A stretch of DNA of 39,257 nt from Basidiobolus ranarum (taxonomy: Eukaryota): NCBI GenBank assembly GCA_040143965.1, contig JASJQH010000043.1:1-39257 (forward strand), in the 5' to 3' direction. The position numbers and the translations under genes are program-made. Under the pieces are notes generated by a model. The model saw nothing but the letters and a program-made list of their open reading frames with translations. It did no database searches and was not told the DNA's origin. This document shows, one piece after another, positions 12,488 through 25,456 of this stretch. Positions within the stretch are counted from its first letter, which is position 1. Each line of letters starts with the position of its first letter.

Positions 12488-13890
12488 TTACTGTGAGTAC
12501 TGCTTGGCTAAAATTCTCCCGATGGTTTGTAATTGAATGTTGCTCGTTCCCTCGTATATGGCCCCAATCTTACTGTCGCGAAGGAATTTCTCGACTGGGA
12601 ACTCACGAGTAAATCCGACACCACCCATCCATTCAACACATTTAGATGCGGTTCTTTCGGCGACTTGAGACGCGTACAACTTGGCCATGGCCGCCTCTTT
12701 AACGAAATTCAAGCCTTGCTCTCTCATCCTGGCAGTGTTGTAGGTCAGAAGTCGAGCACACTCGATCTCAGTAGCAATCTGGGCGTATTGGAATTGCATA
12801 CCTTGGAATTGACCAATTGGTTGACCGAATTGTTTGCGTTGGAATAAGTAAGGCATGGTGACATTGAATGCACCTTGAGCGAGACCAACCATTTGTGCAG
12901 CAATACCGATACGACCTTCATTCAACATTTCAATTGCGTACTTGTAGCCCTTGCCAACTTCACCAATAACATTCTCCTTGGGTACTTTGACGTTGTCAAA
13001 ATTCAAGGTACATGTGGATGAAGCACGAATACCAAGCTTCGATTCTTTCTTACCGACTTCGATACCCATTTCACGCTCAACCAAGAAACATGTGATTCCC
13101 TTGTAACCCTTCGATGGATCTACATTGGCAAATACAACAAAGATACCAGCCTCAAGTGAGTTGGAGATCCACATCTTTGATCCATTGAGCAAATAATGAT
13201 CACCACAATCCTCAGCACGAGTTGTTAAAGAGAACGCGTCACTGCCAGAGCCAGCTTCAGAGAGACAGAAAGAGCCAACCTTTTCGGTGGCTAATTGTGG
13301 AAGGTATTTCTCTTTCAACTCTTTAGAAGCATGATCATTGAGGATTCTATTGATCAAGGTGTTGTGAATGTCACACATGGCACTGACCGATGGATCAACT
13401 TTAGCCAACTCCTCGATGACAATGACGGCAGAAACGAAAGAACCGTTAGCACCACCATATGCAGCATCCGTTTCCACGCCCATTAAACCATTATCGAAAA
13501 GTCCTTTGATAATTTCTGGATCCATGGTTTCTTTCTCGTCCATTTCTGCTACTTTAGGTAGAATCTTTTCGGTAGCGTATCTAGCGACTTTAAACCATCA
13601 TATTGTTAGCTCTCATGGTGAACGAGGGGAAATATTTTGAATGAAAGACCTACCAACATCACGGAACATCTCCTCTTCCTCAGTAAAGCTATACAATGAG
13701 CTTGGTTGGTTTGCTACATTAGGTGTCTGTGAGAAATATCTGAAAGCAAAAGATTAGCATCCATGGACTGGTACGTAAAGCATGTAACTCCTGGATACCT
13801 GGAAGGTTGGAGAGCTAGAGCAGGCTTTGATGCACGAAGAGCCTTGACAGCAGGAGTTAATTGTTTACGAAGGATAGCAAAGGAGGACAT
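12488..13890 (-). CDS. Mitochondrial short/branched-chain acyl-CoA dehydrogenase (ACADSB-like), 3 exons
   Basis: Basic N-terminal presequence [11 protein letters not shown]..., [46 protein letters not shown] and the catalytic IYEGTSNIQ. Two short 5' introns. Confidence 0.92.
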
Positions 13891-15464
13891 CTTTTAAAAT
13901 GAATACAAAAGAGAGAAGAGGATATAAGATTACAACGAGTGGTAATGAAGGCTTAACTCCTCTTTTAATAACAACATAGCCCCACCCATAATGGCCAATG
14001 GGATAGCGTGTGGAATTTTCAAGAAATCCTGGGTATGTTAGTCAGAAATTTGTCGAGTCTTCACACTAGATTTTATTTGATTACACAGCCTACGCTTCAT
14101 TCCCTCCCTCTGTACTTCATTTCTGAATCTTAATTCTCCCGTCATAGGAGTTTTGATTATCATTGCTTAGACCAATCCATTCAGCTTCTCTCACACTTTG
14201 ATGATTCTGAAATGTCAGTTTATTTCTATGACCTCAAAGAAAGTCACATGAGAGAGATAACCATCTAAATAAGGCTGACTATTTGGAAGGTACGTGACAA
14301 CCGTGGGAATGTTTCCTTGATTTGGAGCGCCCCTAAGTTTATTTCATCAGCATTGCTGATAACCTACATTCTATCAGAAGCACTTTCCCACGCACTGAGT
14401 CCCGATAATCACACAGAGTGCTAGCAGAGAGGGAAATCATTGAGCTCCATTGGCGTGTCAATGTAGTCGAATGAAATTGAATTCGTCACTCTAGTGAGGG
14501 TGATGTATGTAGAGTATGTAGAAGGGTAGCCACTCATACTTCTCAGGATAGATTCAGTGACACGAAATTCTCTAGGAACTCATTGGTCACTCATTCTTCT
14601 CACCACTCCACCAAATCAATTTAGATGGATGCGGTTAGGTGACGGTTTATACTAGATACACAATACAAAGCAAACACTTGTGTGAGCGATCAGCCAATGC
14701 CAGCGTAGGGTAGAAGCTAATGATCCACCAGGATATACTTGGGAATTTATGGATTCCATCACTCTGACCTGGCTGTATCTAAGACGCTTAGCACCACCAT
14801 CTATTGATACTAGTCCACTTAAATCTGTAGACATTCTACTTGAACCTATCGCAAGAAGTGGGATATAAGTCTTTATTCTTAGAAGAAATCTCACCATTCC
14901 AATATACCCCAAGGTGAAGTTGGCTAGTAATATATGGGGATATTCTTAAATGCATACCATTATGCTTCTTAAACTTCACTCAACCAGGTTCAGAGACGAG
15001 TCAGGCTATGTTCATTATGTTCAACCAAATATATATGTATTTGTTAAATAAGAAATCTTCACTACAACATCGAAGAAATAGGAGGTCGGAATTTATTGAA
15101 TTCTGGTGGTAAATGGTTCCAAGTTCAAAACCATTGACGGAATGGTGAAAAGTACAAACCTTACAGACACCAAAATACTTGGAGTCGATATCAATTTATA
15201 TACCCAGTTTCTGAAATCTTTAGGTAGGAGATGAATTGAGGTATTTTAACAAGTTGAAGAATACGTACAGCTAAGGTTTATTTCTAGTAAGTTGGTGAAT
15301 TTATCGAGAATACAATATAGTTGAGAGATGATCTATGTAAGATATGAAAAACGGATGTCTATCTGGGAGTTTCCAATTGAAATCGACAGCAGTAGCGATG
15401 TATGTAGAGTAAAGGATGTTTATGAAACCCACAACGTACATTCATACTTCCACCAAAGTGATCT

Positions 15465-17692
15465 TTAGCGACTTTGAACACTTACATTATCATCCTCAAA
15501 CTCCTCAAAGCTAGAGAAAAGTCGTTCACCCGCTTTAGATATCTCTTCAATCAGCTCATTCAAATCTTTACAAGTTAGGCGTGGATGTGTGATGATTCTG
15601 AAAAAGATTGGTAACGGTTTCGGGTGATGCATAGGCGCATAGTCAAACTGTCAACAATAGGTTAATAAACCGGTCGCTATAAGGAACCCGAGAGCTTGGT
15701 GGCTATACGTTCTTACCATAAATTTACCAGATCTTCTTAGATCACCGTGTACTTCTTTGGTTACTTGAGCTAAGCAATTACTGAAGAGCTCCGCATTGGA
15801 CCTCTCTAATGACAAATCCAGTGATTCAGGTATGTACCTGATATCATATAAGTGTCGGTTATTTCGAATATTGATACGTATAGTGTTAAGTGAGATGACC
15901 TACCAGAAGCAGACATTGAGGTTGACGGGCTTTGTAACCATCCGAAAGCGCGAGGTCTCCGAAAGCTTTAGATACATGTATTGCGCCAACTCAAATCCGC
16001 GATCGACCCTGGCTTCAAAACCCTATGGAGATATTTTTGGATTAGAATGGGAAGTTTAGTCTTAATGCGGGGAGGTAGAGAAATGAGGACTTTACCTGAG
16101 ATCCATTGTATTTCCATGCCAAAAACATTTTCACGGCATCGGGACGACGCCCACATCCGACAGTACCATCTCCAAGGTCGTAATGTTCTCCATGGAACAG
16201 ATAGCCAGCGTTCAAGGAATTGAATTTCCGCAATACGTCGGGATCTTTAGTCAGTAGGTAGGAACATTGCAAGGGAATCCCCAGCATCTTGTGAGGATTG
16301 ATAGTATACGAGTCAGCCTACAATATCCATCAATAAGAGACTATGGTTAGTCCTTCCTTCATGTGTACAAGTACAGTAGATCTTAGTGATATACCAATTC
16401 AGATCCATCTATTAAATATCGGAGTTTTTCCGAAAACATAACAGCTCCTCCCCAACTTCCATCAATATGAAACCAAAGATCATACTTTCGACATATTGCA
16501 CCGATGGGTCTCAATGGATCGAAGGCCCCCTATTAAGAAACAACTTGAGCAACAATACAAATCCAGCGCTTCAATAGTTACTCGTACCAATACTGTTGTT
16601 CCAGCGGTTGCGTTAACAAAAAACGGGGATTCTCCACGAGAGATGGATTCTTGTATGCATTTCTCTAGAGAGAGCGATAGTATGTCAGATAGTACACGAA
16701 ATAGGATCTGCCTCACTTGTATACATACCCAGCGCCTCAGGTATCATCACTCCCTCGTTTGTGCATGGAACACTGATAAGGTTGTTCATTCCAATGCCTA
16801 TCATGATTGCCGCCTTTTCGAAAGAATAATGGCTATGAGCAGAAGTGAACATAGTCAATACTTCACCACGACGAAAACCCTCCTATCTCTCAGATTAGAA
16901 ACCAAGATGACAAAATATCAATCGGATACGCTTAATCTTTACCATTTTAATATGTGGGAATTTCCAATTTCTTGCCGTTATTACAGCCAGTTGATTAGAA
17001 GCGGAGCCACCAGGGCAGGTAATACCACAACCATCCTTCATGGATCCAGTCAGTGAACATCGAGGTAGGGCTATACTAAACTCAGGCCTACCTTGAAACC
17101 AACAAACTCTGCCATCTTTTGCGACGTTTTAACTTCCATCATAGTGGTTACCGGAGATACATGATATACATGATTATTGGCATTCAAAACACCCAGAACT
17201 AACTCACTGATAACCCCTAGAAAACGGTTAACTTTAACAATCGTCCTCTACATACAATCTATATATGGAGTAAATAGAAGAGAAGTATCCTACCAATGGG
17301 ATCGGTACCGGAATAAAGCTTATCAATAAATTTGGTATTCCAAGACCGAACGCTATCAATGATAAGGTATGATGAATGATAAACTTGAGGACGCTAAAGA
17401 ACCAAAAATGAAGTACCTATATTTAAGCATTCCTTGAATGGTCTCTAATATTCCTTTACGTCCAATTCCATTTTCGGCAAGGTCAAAATCGAAAACTTTC
17501 TCGAGCTCTTGGGGAGGGTAATAATCGACCACCGAAGTGTTCTCTTGTTGGCATAAGTTGACGTCTATCAAGTGGAGATTAGTCATACAAAGAGCATTGA
17601 CGCCGTATAGAAGTAAACGTACATTCGACAAGAACATCTTTCGTTTCACTCAAGAGTTGGTCTAACTCAGTAGCGTCATTGGAGGTTAGCAT
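15465..17692 (-). CDS. Group II PLP-dependent decarboxylase (GAD/CSAD/GADL1/aspartate 1-decarboxylase-like), about 12 exons; an alternative start at 18076 is possible
   Basis: Spliced motifs YSVRSWNTKFIDKLYSG, LNANNHVYHVSP, CPGGSASN, HSHYSFEKAA, PFFVNATAGTTVLGAFDP, WFHIDGSWGG, the PLP lysine in DSYTINPHKMLGIPLQCS, GCGRRPDAVK and NVCFWYIP. Substrate cannot be assigned from sequence alone. Confidence 0.88.
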
Positions 17693-18788
17693 TGAATGTA
17701 TATCTAGAAGATTAGTCTTAGGAGAGATCCGAGAGCAAAGAGACGTCGGTTGAGTTGGAACAATAACTTCAGGTGGGTTCAAGTACGTTGGGACTAAAAT
17801 GAGTTAGGATAAAGCTATTGAGCTATTTAATTCGATGGTATTGTCGCTTTTTGAGTAAACTAACAACTGTTGTTTCCCAATTACCTTGAGTAGATTAAAC
17901 GTGTTAAATAATTGTTACCCAAAAATAGTACCCTAGTGTGACTTTAATCGTCCTGAAAGGTCGAATTTATCTCATTCGAGTAAGGAAAAGTCTTATCAAA
18001 ATCTGAATAAATATCGAGTTCTGGGGGATGTGTAGCTCGGTTCCTTGAAGATCTTGATCCATCATTTACCTCCCATTTGATTACTCATATCATATCATGC
18101 TTGATTTGAAGCCGTTATCGTCCCTGCGATCAGAAATGTGATTACTAATCAGGTTTCACGCGAATGATTGATTCGAGAGCTCTCTGGCGTGATAGGATTA
18201 TTTATCATAGGCTAGTTATTAAGTTGAGCTTGGCTTGGAACCAAACCTAAACCTACCCACCATGAAATCCACGCAGTCCACCAGTTCTCACGCTTGCTAG
18301 CTGAACGCTATGTAAATGGACTGCGCCGTGGTAGCCATTTTAATAACCAACCTAGGCTGTGTGTGTGATATTATCCCGATATTATCGGTAGATATAAGCT
18401 TACAAAACTCACACACGGAATTAACCAAAGTCAATTATATCTATCGGAAATCACTGGTCTGATCACTTACGAAACCGGTCATCGTATACATATATTCGCT
18501 ATCTACATCCCTTTTACTTAACATGGCAGATGCTGGTGTGATACATAGTAGCTTCCATACAACATGTCCAATGGTCGATGATAACCGCACATTTCACAAA
18601 ATATCATGACTAATGCATGTTGAGGTTTCTACAATGATTAAGATGACCAGTCCCTCATTCGGTTTATTCTCGAGGCTAATAAGTAGTTACATGAGAATTT
18701 CTATAGTATAACGCTGAGGGGAGGAGGCAAAGTCTTTTTGTTTTCAAATTTTTAACTTAAGCAATATTAAAAGTGAAAAGCCACCGCT

Positions 18789-19750
18789 TTAACGTCCATC
18801 TCTTTCCTGATCTCCGTGGATCAGTTTCCAAGCTGGGTTAAACCCGCAGGGTCTCTCGTCGTTTTTCAGGTTGGGATTGGGGAGAGTATTATTAACGCAA
18901 CCTAATGAGGTATATCTGAATCCAGCATAAGTAACTGCACGGTATACATGTATTGAATCTAAACACTCACTTACCCAAGATCATAAAGCGAGCAATAAGG
19001 GACATCGAGACTTAACAAAAAGTCCCAGATATCACAGTATTCCCAATCGATGATAGGATGTATCCGCATCATGGTTGGCCATCCAGGATCCGTAGGTAAA
19101 AAGTGGGACAATTTGGCTAGCGTTTTAGAATTAAAGAAAATGGTTAATTAAAAATTCACCACTAAGCAAGAACCAAGGAAATTACCTCCATGAGGGTCTG
19201 TTCTTCTAGTTCCAACCAGAACCCCTTTTACCTCGGGTCTTCGATCAAGATACGTCTGTAATCCTTGTTTCATGGGTCCAGGTGTACTGATAAGGTCTAG
19301 TCCGTAACGACGAACACATATTTTTACAAACTCTTCCACCTCATCAAAAGGTTGTGGTGTTCTAATGTAAACCGCCTTAATTTTGTGCTGTGGGAAATTA
19401 TTTGGGGTGCCTCCTTTTTCGTTATGGCATTGGTAAATAACCGCAGCCAATAAATGAAGTAATACAGTGCAATCTTTGCCGCCATTAAAACTGATGGCTA
19501 GACCCTCCAAACTAAGTATAAAAGTTAGTAAAATGAAAGCAAAAAACCATCATCGTGATATTATAGTAACATACCCATATAGAACATAAGCTCTCTCCAT
19601 GATCTGAAGTGCTTCAAGCGTTTGACGTCCCAAACGAGTGGTAAGCTGGGTTAATTCATATACTCTCTTGTAAATGAGTTCGAAGTCAAAACAGTCACGT
19701 CCGTTAATGTGATATCCAGTTGACACTAAGTCCTTTTTGAACTCGACCAT
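18789..19750 (-). CDS. FAD1: FAD synthetase (FMN adenylyltransferase, PAPS-reductase fold), 4 exons
   Basis: [58 protein letters not shown] and a C-terminal ERDGR. Confidence 0.93.
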
Positions 19751-22151
19751 AATAAAGTTGGTGGAATATACGGAGTGTAGAGGAGAGAAAGAGTTCGATG
19801 GGCTTAGTGGTGGTGGTAATCAAAGCGTACTTTGAGGAATAGGAATATTAATTTCAGATTGGTCCTGGTGCATGAGGTCATGAACTCTTATTTAAACTTG
19901 TCTAAATTTGAAACAATTTTTTTACTAGACTCTTCTGTGAAGGACATTGGACAGCACTCCAAACATGAGTGGTCAAATCAATGGACCTATAATAGTACAA
20001 TTCCATATGTTTGTCAGATCATCAAGGTAATTTGGTGTTCAAAAGATTCCACTCGAAAATCATCCGAACACCGAAAATAGATCGTGATTTTCTCGAGAAA
20101 ATCGGTGTTATTTGAGAATGGGATACTGCCATGGTCATCCCACCTTGTCCGCTCTCAAGTCACATGTGGTGGACGAAAGGGCACAAATATTGCATGGTCC
20201 TACTCACTACTTATGATGCAAAGAAGTAGGTATCGATTCACGTGACAGAGATACTGTTTATGAAAGCAACTCTGGAAAGGGCTTGATGATGTATGAAGCA
20301 AAGTTTTTCAAGTTGAAGCATGCATGATGCTTGGCTTTCTAACCCTAACATCGCCAGACGAATTGACTTAGAGCAGTGTATATGGCCTCTCCTTAACCAT
20401 GGAAGCTATATCTCTCTCCACTGCATTACATAGCAGAGATTTGAAATAGAAGTTTTCTACTCAATGGAGCTTTTTGAATTAGTAATTGTATTTGTATACT
20501 AAAGGTTGATTAGCAAAGGCAAATCCAAAATGAATGTTGACCATTGGTTTGTGTAAATATGTTTACATATCATATGCAACATTCAAAGTTCGAGAAAAGC
20601 AGCCAAATGCTTACAGCTATGAACAAGGGCGTTTACATGTCTTGGCCCACGAATTCGACATAAACAATAAGTATTGGCTAGGGTGATTAATCAAGTTGAT
20701 CTAGAGTTTGGTAAAGTAATGGAGAAAGGGTTGACTAAAATTCAGCAAATCCCTCACGTGTTGCTCAGTAACAAAATAAGTAAGTAGGAGTCCAGACAGT
20801 ATAAAAGCAAAGCCGAATTGGATCTGGTTTTCTGATAGCTACAACTCCCAATCGTCTACTGATACGCCTCAATCTAAGAGAAGAACAGCGGAAATAAGCC
20901 CTCATTGATTCTAACACCTCTCCCCCAAATATCTGTGGACGGAGTTCATTAGTGAACGCCAACCGGTAATTCCTGGGTTTCATAATATGACACAGTGTGG
21001 CTGCATTGTTCCGAGACCAAACAACTACTACCTAGATAAGACTAGGCTGGCTTTCACATGTCTATCAGTCGGAATCTGATTCAATGGATTTGATGTTACG
21101 CTTCGAGAGGAGTGTATTTCTGCCACAATCACAATGGCATTTTGCGCAGTATTGGATTCCCAAACCTGCATGAGAAATCCGACAAATGTGAGAAGTTACA
21201 GTCGGTAATATATTTTGATATCTGGTCAGTCAGAGCACCCAATCACCCCTTGTTGAACAGTGGATATCATATGATAGTCGGTCAATCATTATCAAATTTC
21301 CAAGAGTAATCTAGACACTTATCGCTTGGCTTTTGTAATGGGAACAACATCTTAGAGAGCGTCCGAATTACGCTTTCATTTAATACATTTGGGTTCGGCA
21401 CAAATCCTTCCGTGTGATTGAAATGGGGCTCAAATGACCATTGGACCAGACATTCCAGTTTTCAATCTCACTAGTCTGTCTAATATGCCTTATCTTTCCT
21501 TGTCCAACTGCTACATTTCAAAAATGAAGTAATGCTCGTCGCACAGATTCAACTTGTCCTCTACACATTGCTCTACAAGAGACAAAAAAATTCGAATGAA
21601 TAATATGGGTCCACTGCTTTGGTGATTTGGATAAATATGGGCATGCTCTGGTATTTTATCCTGATTCACTGGTTTAATCGGATTGGCGGCTTTTCAAAAT
21701 GATGGGCGGGATAGAGTTCATCCTGATAGCTATCCGAAACTCTTTTCCCCTAAGATCGTCGTTGCTCTCCAGAGCTTAACATAATGTGACGAAGGCGAAA
21801 TCCATCAGAATGGAAATATAGACAATATTTATTCAACACGAAGATTGTTATGAAATATAATTATATATATAGCACTGCGCAAGATGAAATGGCATGTGTG
21901 GAGGGGGTGGTTTAACGATATATATACAATTCTGAGCATTCCTAGCTAGTTGTAGTTCAAAACATCTACTGATATATATTGATGGATTTCGGGGAAGTAT
22001 TAGACTCTGTTCCAAGTACTTGCTATAGTTAAGCATTTACTCAGAGCAAATCACCTTTAGAAGTGGGGAGCTAGCTAAAGGATGTGGACAATTTCCTACG
22101 CATTAAATGTTGAAAATCACCTGAAATTCATAACCTACGTCGTACACAATA

Positions 22152-23830
22152 TCACGATGATTGATCTTTGGGGAAGGCAAATGCTCCTTGTGATTGTGAA
22201 TCCTTTGGAGAGGTGCTCACACTGGATTCTTCGTTTTGGGTGTTCTTTTTGGAAAGGCGTTTTGAATTTTGTCCTGATTCATATCGCTGTCGCTTCTTAA
22301 TCACATCTGTCTTCATGGAGAGAGGACGCTTCTCATGATGTAATTTCAAGCTTGAGAAGATTGATCAATTTTCATATCGTCTTGCTCACCAATAAAAAAA
22401 GTAACTTACTATAGTCCACAGGCATTGCATAGGGTTGCTCCTTCTTCATCTCGTCTCCACAGCGGTGTCGTAGTGGTTAGGCAATTGGAGCACACCGGTT
22501 GAGATTGAGAGTCGTCACTCCGTGAATCCTTACGTATTATATGAGGCTTCATGGTCTTGGGTCTAGCCATATTGTGAAGTTTTAAACTTTCGAGAGGGAT
22601 ATATATTAGTATATAACGAAGTAAGCAATTTAAGGTGGGGTTTACTAACTATAATCCACAAGCGTTACATAGGAGTTCGTCATTGACGGAACGTCTCCAA
22701 AGTGGTGTTGAGGTAACTCCACAATTTTTGCAATTGAGTTTACTTTCATTATTGAAAGAGGAATTACAAGAACTAGAGCTTGAACTAGAAGAAAGCGGCG
22801 GTGTTTGTGAAAGTGTGTTATCTTTGACGGCAGTATGTGCAATATGAATACCGGCCTTGGTTAGTGGTTCCGATATTGATGCATGATGAGCATTTATGGC
22901 ATTATGGGTAAATGAGGGGATATCAACTTTTGGGTGGGTACTATCCTCAACACACTCATTGTTTCCGATAGGAGACACCATAGAAGATAAGGAAGAATGT
23001 TGAAGACGATGACTGGCATTTGAGAATGTAGTTGATAAATTAAGGGGATATCCAACAGCTCCTAACTGTAAGCTAGAGGTCTGCTCATACCACTGATTAT
23101 TATATAAGTGGCTTGACATTGGGTCCGTAACAGGTTCAGAATCCAATACTGTAGATAGTGTACTTGCATATGGTTCCCAAGAACTAGGGCCGGCAACATC
23201 TTCGAAAGGTATCTCAAGAGAAGGTGGCTCGTCGAAAGCACCCAGAAATGCAGAGGCAGCATATGTTCCAAAAATATCCTCAAGTCCGATAATTTGAGGG
23301 GAGCTACGAGCGATGCCATCATCAAAATTAGAATTTAGATGAACCACTTCAGTATTTTCCTGAGTTTCGGCTTGAGAAGGGAGCACCAGCTTCGGGTTGC
23401 CCTGTGAGGAATGGGATATGATCTCCTCAAGCTCCTCTTGTTTCTGAGGAAAGGTGGTTACAAGTGGCTCGATGATTTCTGACAAGGATGTCGGTAAACC
23501 TAACTTTGAGCCATCTATATGACTTGTTTTGCTCAGAGGTGAATATTTTGTGGAGGAGTTTGCGTTTAGACTACTATCGCTGTCCAGCTTTCTGGTTGTA
23601 GCGGCGGCAATCTTCTTAAATTGAGTTTTGGACCTTTTCTGCTGGTCAATCATTTTTTTATGGAGATACCATAAACGCCAAGAGAGGTTTTCAAGACGGT
23701 TTCCATTTTCTAACGAATCCTTGACCTTTGTACAGACTCGCCACGTCTTTTGGAGCTCTTCCTCTGTAGTGAGATTCGAGAAGGAAGAAAAGGATTTATT
23801 TCCTTTAATCTTTAACACAATTGGTGCCAT
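22152..23830 (-). CDS. GATA transcription factor with an AreA-type DUF1752 N-terminal domain and two CX2CX17CX2C fingers; exons 23830-22650, 22586-22410, 22350-22152
   Basis: [26 protein letters not shown] (DUF1752); finger 1 [28 protein letters not shown]; finger 2 [50 protein letters not shown]. Confidence 0.9.
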
Positions 23831-24745
23831 TGGAGTTGGGAGGATCTAATTTCTCAATATCTTTCAAGATAAGAGACTGTATAAAGAAGGATAAAGGTTG
23901 GATAATATCAAGAAAATGTTTAAGTTTGGAGAGTCAATGAAGATTGAAACATGCAAGTATCGTTTCGTAATCCCAAATAAGTAAATATCGTACTTGCCTT
24001 GTCTTCTAACAAGAGGTGTTAGCAACTCAAAGATGTTTGGGAGACTATTTAAACAGGCAGTCTCACGAGGCCAAGCAAAATGGTCTATAAGGAGGTGAAT
24101 GAATAAAATAAGACGATTCCAAGAGGGGGAAGACCTCCCATTGGTCTACTCGATCTGACTCGGGGTTAGAGTGAGTTGATTGAACCTGCTTAAATTGAGT
24201 GGCGATGATGGCTCCCAATACTTCTATGGACGATTTTCTTAACACTCCTACTGATTAAACATTCCCCCTTGTCTATATTTGGAGGAAACTCACTATACGC
24301 CATACTTTGGCATCTCAAATGGTAGCGTGTGCACAAATGGTGCATTTAGCATAGAATTACCAGTCACCCGGACGTAACGAGAGGTGAAGGCTTCTGCTAA
24401 TCAGACAGCCATCCAATACCAACGACCCCTGGTCAAGCACATCTCTACCATATAAATCTTAGCTAAATGGATGGCATTCAGATCATGAATTTCAAGCGAT
24501 ATTTATTGGCGGGTATTTCACCATCCCGAGAGCATACAAACAGGTGATGCATATAGTTCTCAAAAACCTTGTCCACGTGAATTTCACTGGTAAAGCTTTT
24601 TCAAGCTACAGTTTCACATTTAGCTCAGATATCAGGTTTACTATATTACAAAAGGATTTACTCATGTTCCAGAATGCTAATCGAAAGATGATGTCCATAA
24701 GCATTTGAAAAAATTCACCAAACCCGCTGGAAACGGAGGGATATA

Positions 24746-25456
24746 TTATTCTTTGTTATCTGAAGGCGCTGGTGGATTTTCCTTGACTCCATATTTTTGA
24801 CGTGTACGACGTGCTTTCTTAGCTTTCTTCTTCTGTATCTTGCGAATCTTCTGAGCGCTTTTAGACTGATCTCCGTTATGCATATCATCGAGCTTACGTA
24901 TTAAAAGTTTCCGTGCCTCTTTACGATTAATGCTCAGGGATCTAGTTTTTTGGCACTTTATACAAGACACTTAACATCTAGTAATGTTGATGAATAATGC
25001 AAATCTTTGTAGAAAAATAAACGTTACCTGAACTCGAATTCCAGAAGGAACATGCAATAAATCAACATTACTGTTCGTTTTATTGATTTTCTGCCCGCCA
25101 TTTCCACTTCCTTTAACAAACTTTTCTACCAAGTCGTCTTCATTCAAAATAATCTTGATAGGCTTATCTTTGCCTTCATTAGGGGTATCTGGTATGGTTA
25201 CCTCAAAGTCCTCGACAGTTTCAATTGAATCCTCACTATGTGTATCTAAGCTATCTTCCTTTGTTATTGGTACATCCAACCACTCACGTTGCAAAATTTC
25301 AAGCTGGGATTGGAACTCAGGTTTTTCGGGTCTATGACTAAGAGAACGAAGAGTATAATGGGTAGTATTGAAGAGTGCGGGAGTGAATTGCTTGAGTTGA
25401 GTAAAGCGAATCTTTGAAGAGAATCTGGCTACTATACCAAAAGGATTGTACACCAT
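24746..25456 (-). CDS. Mitochondrial codon-independent peptidyl-tRNA hydrolase / ribosome rescue factor (C12orf65/MTRFR, Pth3-like); exons 25456-25028, 24955-24746
   Basis: LNEDDLVEKFVKGSGNGGQKINKTNS...HVPSGIRVQ|CQKTRSLSINRKEARKLL, with a GGQ motif, a basic C-terminal tail and a presequence-like N-terminus. Confidence 0.88.

Noticed and set aside
13741-13798. ACAD intron 1 donor GTATCCAGG resembles U12
   Set aside because: It has a U2-type branch GCTAAT plus a pyrimidine tract, lacks TCCTTAAC, and +7/+8 are not TT. Most likely U2.
14652-14912. 86-aa minus ORF and an open plus frame in the ACAD-decarboxylase spacer
   Set aside because: No recognisable family, splice structure or proper start.
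16496-17056. 186-aa plus-strand ORF
   Set aside because: It is antisense to decarboxylase exons and introns, starts at TTG, and has no recognisable motifs.
17978-17989. GAGTAAGGAAAA matches part of U12 snRNA
   Set aside because: The 5' TGCCTTAAA segment, the stem-loops and the Sm site are missing.
18023-18045. GGGGGATGTGTAGCTCGGTT resembles a tRNA 5' end
   Set aside because: No T-loop GTTCRA or cloverleaf follows.
20338-20349. CTAACCCTAAC telomere-like sequence
   Set aside because: Fewer than two full units; expected by chance.
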